Part shown: piece by piece, positions 12,601 to 24,574 of the stretch | Layout of the letters: every line of letters starts with the position of its first letter | Position numbering within the stretch: position 1 is the stretch's first letter | Origin: Oculina patagonica | Taxonomy: Eukaryota | DNA length: 64,000 nt | Direction: 5' to 3' | Assembly (NCBI RefSeq): GCF_052425735.1 | Contig: NC_135761.1 | Location: forward strand, 59,644,001-59,708,000 | Program-made: the position numbers and the translations under genes | Notes under the pieces: generated by a model | What the model was told of the DNA's origin: nothing | Databases searched by the model: none | The model's input: only the letters and a program-made list of their open reading frames with translations

Positions 12601-15600
12601 GCACCGTGTTTTTCGCTTGTTTATCCGTCATTAAACTGAAAATTTACACATTAAAAACCTTTTCACAAAGTAGTGTATATTTTACTAGCTGTTTTGCGGC
12701 TTGGGCGCATCACAGGCCCGGTAAGTACTTTTTTAATGCGCCATTTTATAGCTTTATGCGCCATGTGCGCATGGCGCACGTCCTTCCTAATCCCTGCATA
12801 TGTATAATACCGTAACACCCGCGTAAGCCGCACCCGCAGATAGCCGCACCCCGAGTTTAACAACTCAAATGTTGGAAAAAAGTTTGAAAGTAATCAAAGA
12901 AAATCCATAGTCAAAATCCAAAGTTGAGTGAAGCCCCGTAAACAAAGAACAGAATACTCATCTACCCACATTGAGCTCTTTGAAAACCAACACATATTAT
13001 GAGTGATCTTTCGGCATTTGTTGACAGGTATTTCTCATCAACGCAGTTTCCAGAGGACAAGACGCGGCAGACGTTCGAGCAGTAACCAGGAGATCGGACG
13101 CGAAATATGGGACTAGGGCGAGAACGTAAAGCAAAACAAGATGGCGATGGAGGCGCGGGCGTGGACAAAAAAAGATTTGGGAGCCACAGAGATAAACTTG
13201 TTGCAAAAGAGAGCGCAGTTCGACAAATTCCATCAAAGTGAAAAAGAGAAAGAAAACCACACCGTGCTCGTGCATTTCTCGCCGTAAAAGTATCAATATT
13301 ACTGTTAAAGTTATAGGCCATGTCGACACTGCAAATAGTATAGGAGCTGTCAATGCAAAAGCAATGACCGGTGCTGTAGTTTATTTTGTTTATTTACATA
13401 ATTTCCATAAGTTAGCATCAGTTAACGAAAATTTACGGCACCCCGAATGTTCCCGCAGAAAGCCGCACCCCGCTTTCGAGCGAAAATTTTTGGAAAAAAG
13501 GGCGGCTTATCTGCGGGTTTTTACGGTAATTACTATTGCGGTTAGTCTTTGAACATCCTGGAACATTCATGTTTGCAAGATATTTTTTGCGCTCTCGAAA
13601 TTTTTGCTCTGGTCCTAAATTTTCCATGAAGATGTCGACTACTTGCATTCTGCATTTGTAACGCCGGGTTCGGCTGTTTATTTTATTGTGTTGCAAGGTC
13701 ATGTTGCTTCTCATCACGGATGACGGATGGTTCGTTGTGTGACATTCTTTCACCACAAGACAATGAACTTTTTGCTTTTCAGTTGTGTTTGCTTCTTGTT
13801 GTTATTGTTTTCTTTTTTTATCAGATAGTTCGGACCGGTTGCTTTTTTACCGCTTCCAACGTTTATTCTCACCGATCTGCCGTGATCGCCGCAAGTTTAT
13901 TGTGTATCTGTTATTCATCAAAAGCGTAGCTATGGTGTTACGAGATCCATTCGACCAATCAGGGCGCACGAAAGAACGGCCCTATCGAAGAGCCAATCAG
14001 AAGTTATTATAGAAATCCCTGGTAATGCGCGGGGGGCCGGAACAAGCTTTTGTAATCTAATTCGCAGACGCATATAACCGGGGTTTTGTTCGTCTGCAAC
14101 GCAGGCTAACAATTTGTTGAATAATTAAAAACAATTATCCTGTTCAATCTTGCGGAATATTGTCTCATTTTAGCCCACTCGGCCTACGGCCTCGTTGGCT
14201 AAGTATCAGGCGATATTCCGCACGATTTTCGCAGGATAATTGTTAAGTATTGCCTTACACTTGACTCGCCTTATAAGTTCGCCAAAACTGCAAGACTCAT
14301 CAAAAAAACATCCACCAATGCTACTGTACATGCGAAAATGTCAATTCTAAAAAGATTTTTTTGTCTTTTTCCACTGGGTTTAAAAGAGTTTTGGGTAGGG
14401 AGGTCACAGCATATTTATTGCTGCTAAATTAGAGCTTTTGTCTTATTCATTAGTATTAGTAATTGACATGATATGGCACCTGTTCAAACTCCAAGTGGTA
14501 AAATGACTTTTCAGGTCACATCTTCACCTAATTACAAACTTAAAAGCATGCACTTTGTAATATGTTGGTTCTAATATAAAAAAATGGTGAACAATAAAAA
14601 AAATTGTAAATTTGCCTCAACACACTTGTGTGACTAAACATGTAAGCTCACACTCTACAATCAAGGAAAACACTATTTTAATAAAATGCTTCTGTTTGGT
14701 AACAAAATTTATTCAATTAAGCTTGTAGACTGGAGCTATACTCAACTGTCTACACAGTGAAAGAAATAAAGTAAAGAGCGGTTTATATATAAATATCAAG
14801 CTTACAAAAGACACACTTGGAGTAGTTCGTTATCCAGTTACTAAACAATAGTGGTACAAAAGAAATAATTTTGGTGCCGAGGAAAGGTCCTTTCAATAAC
14901 TACGTTCCTTTATTGTACAATTTTAGTCTGTAATTTTGAAATGTTGAAAGAAAAGAAGGACATAAAGATTTTATATTGGCTTTTCAAACGCTTGACAATT
15001 AACAAAGACCTTCAATCAAATTAAGAGGTGATGTTGAATCAATATTCGTGGTACGTACGCCAATATCTATTGACATAAAATGACGGTGAGAAATCGATTC
15101 CTTCTATTACGAGCATCTGTTAGCCTTTTTGACTCCTTCAGATCGACTGCACTCGTATAAACATTAACAAAAAGCGGTACTAAAGGCAGAAGATTGCATC
15201 GAATAAATATAAAGCGCTGGCTATTAACAAGACTGGCCTTCTTCTGGAAAAGTCGACATCAGTTCATTGCTCGTCAAATCAAACAAGGCTTGAAAAATTG
15301 GAGCCACCATGAATAAAAGGAACGCCGGGTTGTAATTTGTGCTCCAACGACCACTCGAGACAAAAAGTCAAAATTTATACCCTCAAGTAAAATTTCCCCG
15401 TTAATGCCACATAAAATAATAGAAGTCAAGAGTCACCTTTTATGTTCAAAGTCAGCTTACATGAATTTCGCGATCGTTCTTGTATTAAAATGTTGTTATG
15501 ATAATGCAAGGCCGGTTGGATATCAAAAACATTCTGTGATTTACATATGGCGGCTGTTCTTGGATTATTTTCCCGGAAGAGTAAAATGGACAATACAACT

Positions 15601-15808
15601 AAAACAAAGGCTGGTTCAGTCACAGAAGAAAACAATTCTACCTACCGAATATGAACACAATTCGTCGCTGCGGGTCGATCTTCTTGACACCTTTGCCGAT
15701 CTCGACGACAACATTTGGCTTTTCAACTATCGTGTTTCGTCGACTAAAATCAAACTTGGAGCCTTCATTATCGTTGTCATCTTTCGCGGTACTTGTCCCG
15801 CAACCCAT
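4507..15808 (-). CDS. Adenylate-kinase-fold protein with N-terminal MGCG acylation signal, ~430 aa; exons 15808-15646, 9878-9538, 8566-8215, 6791-6700, 5750-5637, 4737-4507
   Basis: All six exons have GT-AG boundaries and join in frame (1293 nt). The exon 1/2 junction builds the P-loop [12 protein letters not shown]. An N-gap in intron 2 could hide an extra exon. Confidence 0.8.
4814..4860. repeat. Poly-C tract
   Basis: Run of ~45 C in the last intron of the AK-like gene. Confidence 0.9.
5790..6072 (-). mobile_element. tRNA-derived SINE copy (degenerate)
   Basis: Shares GGTACCCATTTATACAC..GAGAG..GCACTGTGAGAG..CCCAAGAACA..GCACTAACCA with the copy at 16775-17047. Confidence 0.7.
8770..8971. 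other. Assembly gap (N run)
   Basis: About 200 consecutive N. Confidence 0.99.
10264..10753. mobile_element. MITE with imperfect TIRs (TA-flanked, Tc1/mariner-like)
   Basis: TTATTGTTATTTATT..CGGGACTTAATTT at left is mirrored by AATTAAGTTCCTGC..AATAAGTAACAATAAGGTA at right; internal CGCGAAATT repeats. Confidence 0.65.
10985..14108. mobile_element. Non-autonomous hAT-type DNA transposon (3.1 kb) in intron 1 of the AK-like gene
   Basis: ~190-bp TIRs TAGCCTGCGTTGCAGACGAACAAAACC... and a perfect 8-bp TSD ACAATTTG (10977-10984, 14109-14116). Confidence 0.88.
12810..13526. mobile_element. Tc1/mariner (pogo/Tigger-like) non-autonomous element nested in the hAT element
   Basis: TA|CCGTAACACCCGCGTAAGCCGC ... 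GCGGCTTATCTGCGGGTTTTTACGG|TA; TA TSD. Confidence 0.8.
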
Positions 15809-16774
15809 TTTAGCGGTAACAGCCCGAAGCACGTCAAAATGGCTCAATTATCGCTGCCCAACCTCAGACTATAAAACTAATCTCCATTGCCGAACAAATG
15901 ACGAGTACAAACAAATTGCAAACGACCTTCCCGCCTCCAGGCCCGACACGGACAGCCAAGTTTCTATGGTAACGTTTTTTCGCGGCAAATTATCCGCCTG
16001 TTATCCGATCAACGAAAGGCAATTTTGAAATATTCCTTATTGCTAATTTCCGTTTTATTCTTCTCAAATTGATTGCCCACTTTGCGGATAAAAGCGATTC
16101 ATTTTTCGTTGCGAAACAATAGAGCAAGGTCTTTGAATAAGAACTAATGTATCCTTTTGTTTTTATGCAAAAATCTCAGCCCTCTTGAGAATTTGTGACG
16201 CTTGAGGCGTGAAAGGAAACCACGCAAGAGCCACCCGTCACATCCGGCTCGTGTATTTTTTCCTGTGTATATTGTAACTTTTAAGTAATCATAAAAAATC
16301 TGATTTTCAACATGTTTTTATATAGTTCTTGCTTGGTAAATTGTATCATCTTTTTCTTTGATTCCATCTGTAATAAAAATGGCCAAAATCCCAGGGCCTC
16401 AAGGCTGTATACATTGGGACTTCGTTGCGTGACATGTGAAATACCACAAGTGAAGGAATTGCATGTGCTGTCTGAAGACTATAAAATTCCCTTCCAAAGA
16501 GATTAAACTGGTTGTTTTACATCCCGTCTGTCAGCCTGCGAATGCCTCTGAATTTTCGCATGACTTGGAGTAGGACTGTGCTATCTCGAACTTCAAGGAG
16601 AAACAAGAACAACTTACTTTCTACTTATTTGATATGTTGTCATACTAGAAAAACAGGGCGCAAAAAAATGACCAGATGAAATGAAGAAAATACTAAAGCT
16701 AAGTAGGCATCATGTGAAAATAACCTTGGGGCACGGGTGGTAAATCAAAGTCTGGCCATGCTAGCTTTAAATCT

Positions 16775-17047
16775 GTGTCTGAGCCAAGTGGCCCATACAG
16801 CCGGAGCTTATCCTGGAGTACCCGGTATTTCTACTCCCCCTGGAGTGGGATACTAGTCCATCGGCAGGGTTACCCCCCAGCAGTAAATTCGCCCTGGTAC
16901 CCATTTATACACCTGGGTGGAGAGAGGCACTGTGAGAGTAAAGTGTATTTCCCAAGAACAAAATGCAGCGCCCTGGCCAGGGCTCAAACCTGGAACGTTC
17001 GATTTGGAGTCGAGCGCACTAACCATAAGGCCACTGTGCCACCCCAT
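16775..17047 (-). mobile_element. tRNA-derived SINE
   Basis: On the minus strand, A-box-like TGGCCTTATGG and B-box-like GGTTTGAGCCC at the head. Body shared with 5790-6072. Confidence 0.75.
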
Positions 17048-17597
17048 GCTAGCTTACATAACAGATAATGAGCAGAAAAAAGGGTCAGTTACAATGGTAA
17101 TAATTAAAAATATTGTTTATATGTACTTTGAAAGGCAAACACAACAAATGAAGTCTAGCCTTTTTTCTCATGCCTGGAAAGTGGAAAACCAGTCCAGATT
17201 TCCAGACACTGCATTAATCCTGAAGAATATGGAATTGATGCCACAGGTACACAAAAATAACAATGACACATTTTGATCTGATCTTCATATACATGTAGTT
17301 TATCGGTCTTCTTCTATAGCTTTCTTACAACTTAAAAGCCTTGTGGTTTCTCATGGGCTTCCTCACCACCTTTATTAAATTCTATCATTATTAAGCACTG
17401 TCTGGTAATCTCATTACGAGTGGCAAAAATAAACTTGAACTTGAACTTTCAAATGAATAGTCAAATACTTGAGGCTTCATATTACAGACTTAGAACAACC
17501 TTGAACAACATAAAAACATACGTTTTTGTTTTAATTTAAAATTATACTGCTTGAAGTAGCTTTGAAAGGAAAGGGCTTCATCCACAGAGGCACAGTT

Positions 17598-20500
17598 CTA
17601 TGTCCATGGGTAAAAGTTGCAATGTAACACAGTTCCAATGAAGAAGTACAACAAAAAATAACCCACAATTAACTTGGACCTCCACTTGCTGCAGTGCCTG
17701 TGTGATAGGTCAGCAGTATCTTTTATGATGACATGTGCACAGTACCAGTAAATGAGTGGAGAGGCAGAAGCAATGAATCTTGTGATGACCTACAAGCAGT
17801 GGAGAAGAATGAATTTATGAATTAAATAAAATTATGTCACAATGATAAAGGTGGAGGAAGGTAGGGAAACTTGGGTATTCCACAATGCTTAATGTGGGAG
17901 TCTTCTGCTGAGACTTACAAATCCCAACCCATTTCTGGTTACCGGGTAAATTACTTTTCTTTTCTGGCCCCATTTTTGACCAAGGCTCAGAAATTATGTT
18001 TCATGGTAACAAAGTGAAAAGTTGAAGAGGAAGTGTTCAACATGACTCGAGCATGGGACAAAGAAAAATTCTGAGTCCCCGACGGGAATCGAACCCATGG
18101 CCTCCAAGATACCGGTTGGGCGCTCTAACCAACTGAGCTACGAGAGACTCGTTGTGAGCTGGGCCATTTTACTAGGTTGATAAGTGACACGCGTCCTGCA
18201 TACTGCTGTCACTTAACAACCTAGTAAAATGGCCGAGCTCACGACGAGTCTCTCGTAGCTCAGTTGGTTAGAGCGCCAACCTGTATCTGGGAGGCCGTGG
18301 GTTCGATTCCCGTCTGGGACTCAGAATTTTTTTTTTCTTTGTCCCATGCTCAAGTCATGTTGAACACTTCATCTTCATTATTTATTACCGAGCTTAAAAT
18401 TTACCATCTTTATTATTTACTACAAAAGTGAAAAGTTATTGTAAAACTGCTGATACTGGAGTAGATACCCTATTTACCTGGCCATCGATGCATTAAGCCT
18501 TAAGGAACTCATTTTTTCACTGATGTCCCGAAATGCACACAATACCTTTTCTCTAGCTCTGTCAAATGTAAACCTTTGACAAAATTTCATCAAATTCACC
18601 ATTTTTGCTGAATTCTTTGAATTTGATGCCTTTGCGGTACCCCTTTCGTGAGCTCAATCTCTTAAACATCGACCTTGGCAAAATCTCATCAAATTTGCCA
18701 TTTTTGCCAAATTCGTCGTTTCCACTGAATTTGGCACCTTACTCCTCATTCTGCCAAACATTGACCTTTGGCAAAATTTTGTCAAATTTGCCATTTTTGC
18801 CAAATTCATCATTTCCATTGAATTTGGCACCTTACTCCTCATTCTGCCAAACATTGACCTTTGGCAAAATTTTGTCAAATTTGCCATTTTTTGCCAAATT
18901 CATTGTTTTCGGCAATTCACTAATTTTTGGTATTCCTCTCTCAAGCTCGTTCTGTCAAATGTTGACCTTTGGCAAATTTCATCAAATTCACCACTTTTGC
19001 CGAATTTGTCATTTTTGTCAAATTTGCCACTTTAAAGGTAACTTTTGGTGAAATTTTGTCAAATTAGTCATTTTCACTGTTGCATGTATTTCTTGACATA
19101 CATGTATCTATTTTCTTTATGACTCTGTATCAATATGACCGGAATTTGGATGTCACTTGGTGATAAAATCGACAAGTTTTTTACATGATCAAATTAACAG
19201 TTGTAAAGCTATTCCACATACTGACTTTTTGAAGTAAAAAATCTTAACACTGACCTGAACATGCATTGATGTGAAGCCAAACAGTGTCATAAAAGCAAGA
19301 TGGAAAACATACACCAAGACTGCAGGGCTGTGGTAGAAATCAGTGTCTGGTCTCCCACTTCTTCCAGCAGTTTGATGAATTGGTCTCCTTTAAAAAAATA
19401 AGTCTTTAAATATTACAAAAATGTAACAGGGGTGATTCAAGCATGCATTTTGCTGATTTAAAAAGCCTCAGTCTAACCCCCCCCCCCCTCCCAATACACT
19501 GTACACTGTACAAGGGATGAGGGATATTTCATATTTTATAGATTATTACAAGTAAATGTATATCTAGGTCTGGCCAAATGAAGTCATACATATAACTACA
19601 CCAAGTTGAGAACTCATGTCTACAGGAACTTGTGACTCCGTTTGGCCAGGACATTGACTTACATTTGCTTTGGTCAGGATCAAATTCATGTGCAAGTTGG
19701 AAAATGTTTTTCACCGTTTGGCCACCCCAATACAGGTCAATACAAGTTAATCACATATTACTCCTTACTTAAATATTAAGAATGGAAAGGTACAAATATA
19801 GACAGAAGGGAAGAACATGTATTAAGTATATGCACTAAATTTAGAGGAAGTTTGTTTGTTTGCTTGTTTCTCAAGCTGGTTCCTAGCACATACCTTGCCA
19901 TGTTATCAGGCTTGTCTTTTCTTTGCAACAGACCAAGTGTCTTGACCATTTCAAGATTTTCTCGATTACAACAATAAATCAGTACTGCATGTGAACTCAG
20001 AAAAATCATTGGTGTAGCAAGAAGGAAGTTTGGGATTTGCTTTAGCTCAAAGTAACGTAAAAATCCAACATTCCAATAACTGTCTTGAATATACGAATAA
20101 GAAAATGGTATCAATTTGTCACACCAAGGGCTGTGATTAACTGTATCTTGAGTTAATTCTGTTTGAGGCGTGCAATACAAACTGTATCCATAAAACTGGA
20201 AGAGGATAAACGGAGCCAGAACAATCCCATTTAAGATGATTATTTTAAGGAAAGCTCTTACTGCGTTATACACACGCAACAAGGTGAAAAGACTTTGTCC
20301 TGATTGTAATGAAGCCACTTCAGTGGAAACAAAGTTCTTTATAATTCTGTGAGTTACAAATCCACAAGATAAAACACCATTTGAACGTGTCGCACAGCCG
20401 AGACCAAAGAGCAACACTGCTATAGTAGGACATTCTTGTTCCAAATAACACAAAGCAGTGAATTGTAAACAAGAAAACAAGCTCTCTGTGTACAAACTTG

Positions 20501-21057
20501 ACATGAACACACTTGCAGGGTTAATGCAGAAAAGAAGCGACGAAACCAAAGCGACGTTCTTTTTCCCAAACAAGCCAAGAGTCAATCTGTAAAGTGACAC
20601 AGCTGCTAATGCAAAGAAAGCTGTATTTAATACCCATCCGCACGCCAGAAATAGACTGTGCTCGCTTATAAAATATCGAAGTGCTGGTTGTAGAGTCCGC
20701 GTTAAAAATCTTAATGTCCAAGGATATAACGGAAAGAAAGCCATGTACTGTTCATATTTATATCCTTCTTCTGCTATTTTCAGGAAATATGCAGCGTCCC
20801 ACTTGCCAAAACCTCCAAAAATCTGTTGAAGTACAAAGTCGCACCATCCAGTCTTTCGAACTCCACTTTCATCAACAAAACTCGATGTATCATAATCAGA
20901 GATGAATTCGTTAACAACAACCTACAAAATAACGCGCAACAGTTTAAAAGATATCATTGCAGATTGGAACAGGTACTTAGCACATATTTACCTGGAAGAG
21001 AAGCAACAGAAATCTTGAAAAGATTGCCAAGCGGACAACTGCAACTTCGTCCGCCAT
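17598..21057 (-). CDS. PIGV: GPI mannosyltransferase 2, ~472 aa; exons 21057-20992, 20921-19894, 19387-19255, 17789-17598
   Basis: In-frame GT-AG joined exons give KWDAAYFLKIAEEGY..EQYMAFFPLYP, NPASVFMSSLYTESLF, RSNG, YWNVGFLRYFELKQIPNFLLA, MHVQVITRF and C-terminal LHCNFYPWT, all hallmark PIG-V motifs. Confidence 0.95.
18024..18424. mobile_element. Retro-inserted hairpin element with two head-to-head tRNA-like units (18074-18148 minus, 18248-18321 plus)
   Basis: ~160-bp inverted arms; A-box TAGCTCAGTTGG and B-box GGTTCGATTCC on each arm; 13-bp direct repeat AAAGTGAAAAGTT at 18011-18023 and 18425-18437. Confidence 0.8.
18560..19090. repeat. Tandem repeat, ~87-bp units (CAAATTTGCCATTTTTGCCAAATTC core)
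   Basis: Two near-identical units plus several degenerate ones in PIGV intron 3. Confidence 0.85.
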
Positions 21058-21245
21058 GTTGAATTTTTGAACGATACCGCTGACGACCATTAACATCGTA
21101 GGCTCAAAAAAGACACGTGACTATCTGTATAACAATGCGCTCGATGCGCCTGCAGTCGCGTCGCGCTTGCAGTCTGTTTATGTTTTCGATCGCTGTGTCG
21201 ATCGCTGTTTCTTTTGTTTTGCAGATGAAGTAACTCACGGTGAGT
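21058..21245. promoter_or_regulatory. Probable bidirectional promoter PIGV / zinc-finger gene, with putative non-coding first exon (donor GTGAGT at 21240)
   Basis: CpG-rich patch directly upstream of the PIGV ATG; strong plus-strand donor CACG|GTGAGT; the ZNF coding exon has an acceptor at 24546 upstream of its ATG. Confidence 0.5.
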
Positions 21246-22811
21246 ATAAATCTCCTACTAGTATATACATTGATTACTTAATACTCAATATATTCGTTTT
21301 TCAGTTCAAATCTGGTGATTCTATTCAGTTCAAACTGTACTACTAAAACGTCGTCAGAAACGACATGAAGATCCGCCAAAGTAGATTCTGGCAATGTTTT
21401 CCAGTACAGTGAAGGACTTATAATTGATAGAGTCAGTAAATTGGTGTTTGCTTTGTTTGACAAACAATTCTTGACCCTTTTCGCGTAGTGGAGGTGTAAA
21501 CCTTGTATTTCAAAGGAACTGCATAAAATTGTTTGCCCTGTCGAATGTCAGAACTCTGAATTTGCCATCTAACATAGTGGCTTTGACTTCATGTGAAAAC
21601 ATTTTATAAAAGTGCCTGATGATGTTCGCTGTAGAACGAGGTACCTGATCATGAGTGGGTGGTGTGGCCGTGGGGGGGGGAGGGGGGGGGGGTGTCATTG
21701 AGCCCTTGAATCCGGATTTCGCCTACAAGTATTTTCGCCTACAGGTCGATCACCTACAGTGAAGTCGATCGCCACACCCTGAGTGTTTGCCACACCAGTC
21801 GACCCTACCAAGGAAAGAAGAAGAAAGAAATATAAAGTTATAAATTATCGAAAAGATATGAGAACAATTAGAAGTTCCTATCTCCACCCTAAAGTATACA
21901 ACACCCAAAAAGGGCCGGCGAGAGGATTAAAGAAAACCCATTTAATGAAAAATCAGCACCGAGGGGGAACTCGGTCCAGGGGTTTCCCTGTCCAACGGTG
22001 ACCAGGATAAACGATGTAGGCGACAACTCAGGTCGTAGGCGGACTCATGAGGCGCAATGTAGGCATCGGGAGAGCCCTACCCCTTCACTGCCGACCCTCT
22101 GTACCGCTCAGTGCGGCGCAGAAGAAAAATGAAAAATGAGAGAATGTTAATAAACTTGCTGCAAGCTAATTCAACATGTTTACCTCCATAGAATTACTTT
22201 TACAGCTTCGAAAGCCTCCCGACGCTCGATCTTCTGCATATATTTTTCCATAACGCTTTCACCAGCGGATTATTTTTCTGCTTCCCAAGTCCCACTAACA
22301 TCTATTTTCCATCGGCATTAAATACTCAATTATGTGATATGACACGTCTAAAAACCGGCCACGAGAAGAAAACAACAGGCGGAAGAAGTCATAATTCAAA
22401 AACCGGAGGAGCGGAGACGAGAGAGTGACCAGGCACCGAAGCTGGGTCACACTGCCGAGCGCTTTGAGTTCAGTGTGCCGGGGTTTCAACTGTGTCTTTT
22501 TGACGACTCAGCGAGGCACAGAGAGAAAGAGCCGGTCATAGAGGCAGTGAAGGGGTTAAGGAAACTCATTTCTTATGTACATAATGGTAACTGCCATCTT
22601 TTTGTGTGTAAGGCAAACATGTACATGTACCTGAAACATTCCATTACACTTCATACTTATTTGAATCATATTAGAATAATTAAACTTCTGTCAATCAATT
22701 AACTTGCATGAATAATGTTATGTTATGCTATATTATATCACTACATTACTGTATGCCAAAAATTCATGTGGCTTCCACTTTTTGTGTTTTCTTATTGACA
22801 ACGGAAAGTAA

Positions 22812-23338
22812 GGGCCTGATTACATGAGCCGGGCTGGCTCGGTTTGCCGAGATCTCGGAACGTCTGTTAAACGCAACAAAAATCAACTTCGCGATTACAT
22901 GACAACCGGGCCAGCCCGGTTAGCCGAGATCCCGGTATCGCGATGCCGGGATCTCGGCTAGCCGGGATGAAAATTTTCCATGTAATCTCGTTCACCGGGC
23001 CAGCCCGGCTAAGCGGGCCAGCATTAAATTTCTCTTCTGAGCACAATATCAGACGAAAAAATCAATGCAACTCCTTCTAAATAGGATGTAGAGGTAAAGT
23101 AACCCATCCAGATGCATAAGTGCAAAAAATTAACCACCAAATAATTTTTTTATTGCCGGAAAAAGGTGATTAAGATCATTCGTGCTCTGATCATTTATGC
23201 TAAAACCGGGCTGAAAGTCATCTCGGCAAACCGGGCCAGCCCGGCTAACCGGGCTCATGTAATACCGGGCTGAAAGTCATCTCGGCAAACCGCCACAGCC
23301 CGGCTAACCGGGCCAGCCCGGCTCATGTAATCAGGCCC
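22812..23338. mobile_element. PIF/Harbinger-type MITE
   Basis: TAA|GGGCCTGATTACATGAGCCGGGCTGGC ... GCCAGCCCGGCTCATGTAATCAGGCCC|TAA; internal CCGGGCCAGCCCGG repeats. Confidence 0.88.
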
Positions 23339-23384
23339 TAACCACAAAAAATATTCCCTTAAAAGAGTTTTCTGCAAGTCAGAG

Positions 23385-24021
23385 GCCTGGGGGAGATACT
23401 TGGGTCAATTTTTGTTGGGTATGTGCCGCTGGCTTCTCAGAACCCCTATCCCATTATAGTCATATTCTATGGCCAATTATAGACCCCATCTTAGCCACTT
23501 TTGGGTAAATGTAATTTTCACGACCCCAACTTAGTCACTTTCTGTTTTTGCGTCTACCGTATAAATCCTTTTAACTAAGTCATTTTAAAATGAAGTGACA
23601 CATTAAATAAACTGAATGAAGAACACTTTACTTTACAACCACACTATAAACATTTTGGTACCTTTAATATGCTTACCATAAACATTTACAAACATACCGT
23701 AATAAATAGTTGAAATGTAAACATTCTTCTCTAACGGTAACATTACACTAGCACTGACATTATAATAGCATTTTTGATTTGGATAAAAGCAATTTATAGA
23801 ACTTTCAGATCAGGAAATTTTACGGCGAACTTTCCGTTTATAAATCACAACTTGCCAGAATTTTCTTACCCTCAAAATCCCGGAAAAGTGTGACCCCATT
23901 CTAGTCACCCTATCAAAAATGCTTGAAAAGGCGACCCCATTATAGTCAGTCCAGTCGTGAAAATGCGACCCCATCCAGCAGCACATCCATTCATAGGAAG
24001 TGTCCCCCCCCCCCCCCCGGG
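23385..24021. mobile_element. Non-autonomous element with CCYGGG/poly-G termini
   Basis: CCTGGGGGAGATAC..GGGTATGTGCCGC left end and poly-C CCCGGG right end; a related left end is at 35913. Confidence 0.55.
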
Positions 24022-24179
24022 GTCAGAGGCAAATGATAGTGATACAAAAAGGAAAAAAAATAATGTAAAGCTACAACCAGACACGGCTCAGGAATAATTA
24101 AACTTTATAAATACTAGTTTAGTGGCTAGTGATATGTCAGATCATTTATTTTCACCAAAATAATCAGTAGTCAAATATA

Positions 24180-24375
24180 TAGACTGTTCACAGCCCTCTA
24201 TTTTTCCGATCGATGAAGAGCACTAGAGAGAACTGGACAGCAGCCCAAAATGGTTGGTGGGAGGGGGTGAGGGGTGGCGAGCTTCAGTCCCTCCCACTTC
24301 CATTGTGCTCATGCTCACTTTGCTTGCTGATTTTTGCGTTTTTTGCGTTGAAAAATAGAGAGGCTGTGGACAGTT
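24180..24375. mobile_element. Short MITE
   Basis: ACTGTTCACAGCCCTCTATTTTTC mirrored by GAAAAATAGAGAGGCTGTGGACAGT. Confidence 0.6.
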
Positions 24376-24574
24376 AACTTTTTAACTTTATGTGTCTTTG
24401 CATGTATCCAGTTCCATAAGCCCTCTTTCTGCAAATGATTGAGTAATGAAATCCTTTAGCTAACATACAAAGCTCAAAACTGACAGAAGCATTTTTACTT
24501 TTAGGATAGCTTTTTTGAAAACGTGTATTTCCATTTTTATATGTAGGTCATCTTATCATTTTGGGATTTCAAGG

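Noticed and set aside
15404-16028. Plus-strand ORFs of 156 and 125 aa
   Set aside because: Antisense to exon 1 of the AK-like gene with no recognisable motif.
18074-18321. Two functional tRNA genes
   Set aside because: Anticodon arms are irregular and differ between copies; both lie inside a TSD-flanked palindrome.
18605-19051. 148-aa repetitive ORF
   Set aside because: Read-through of an 87-bp intronic tandem repeat.
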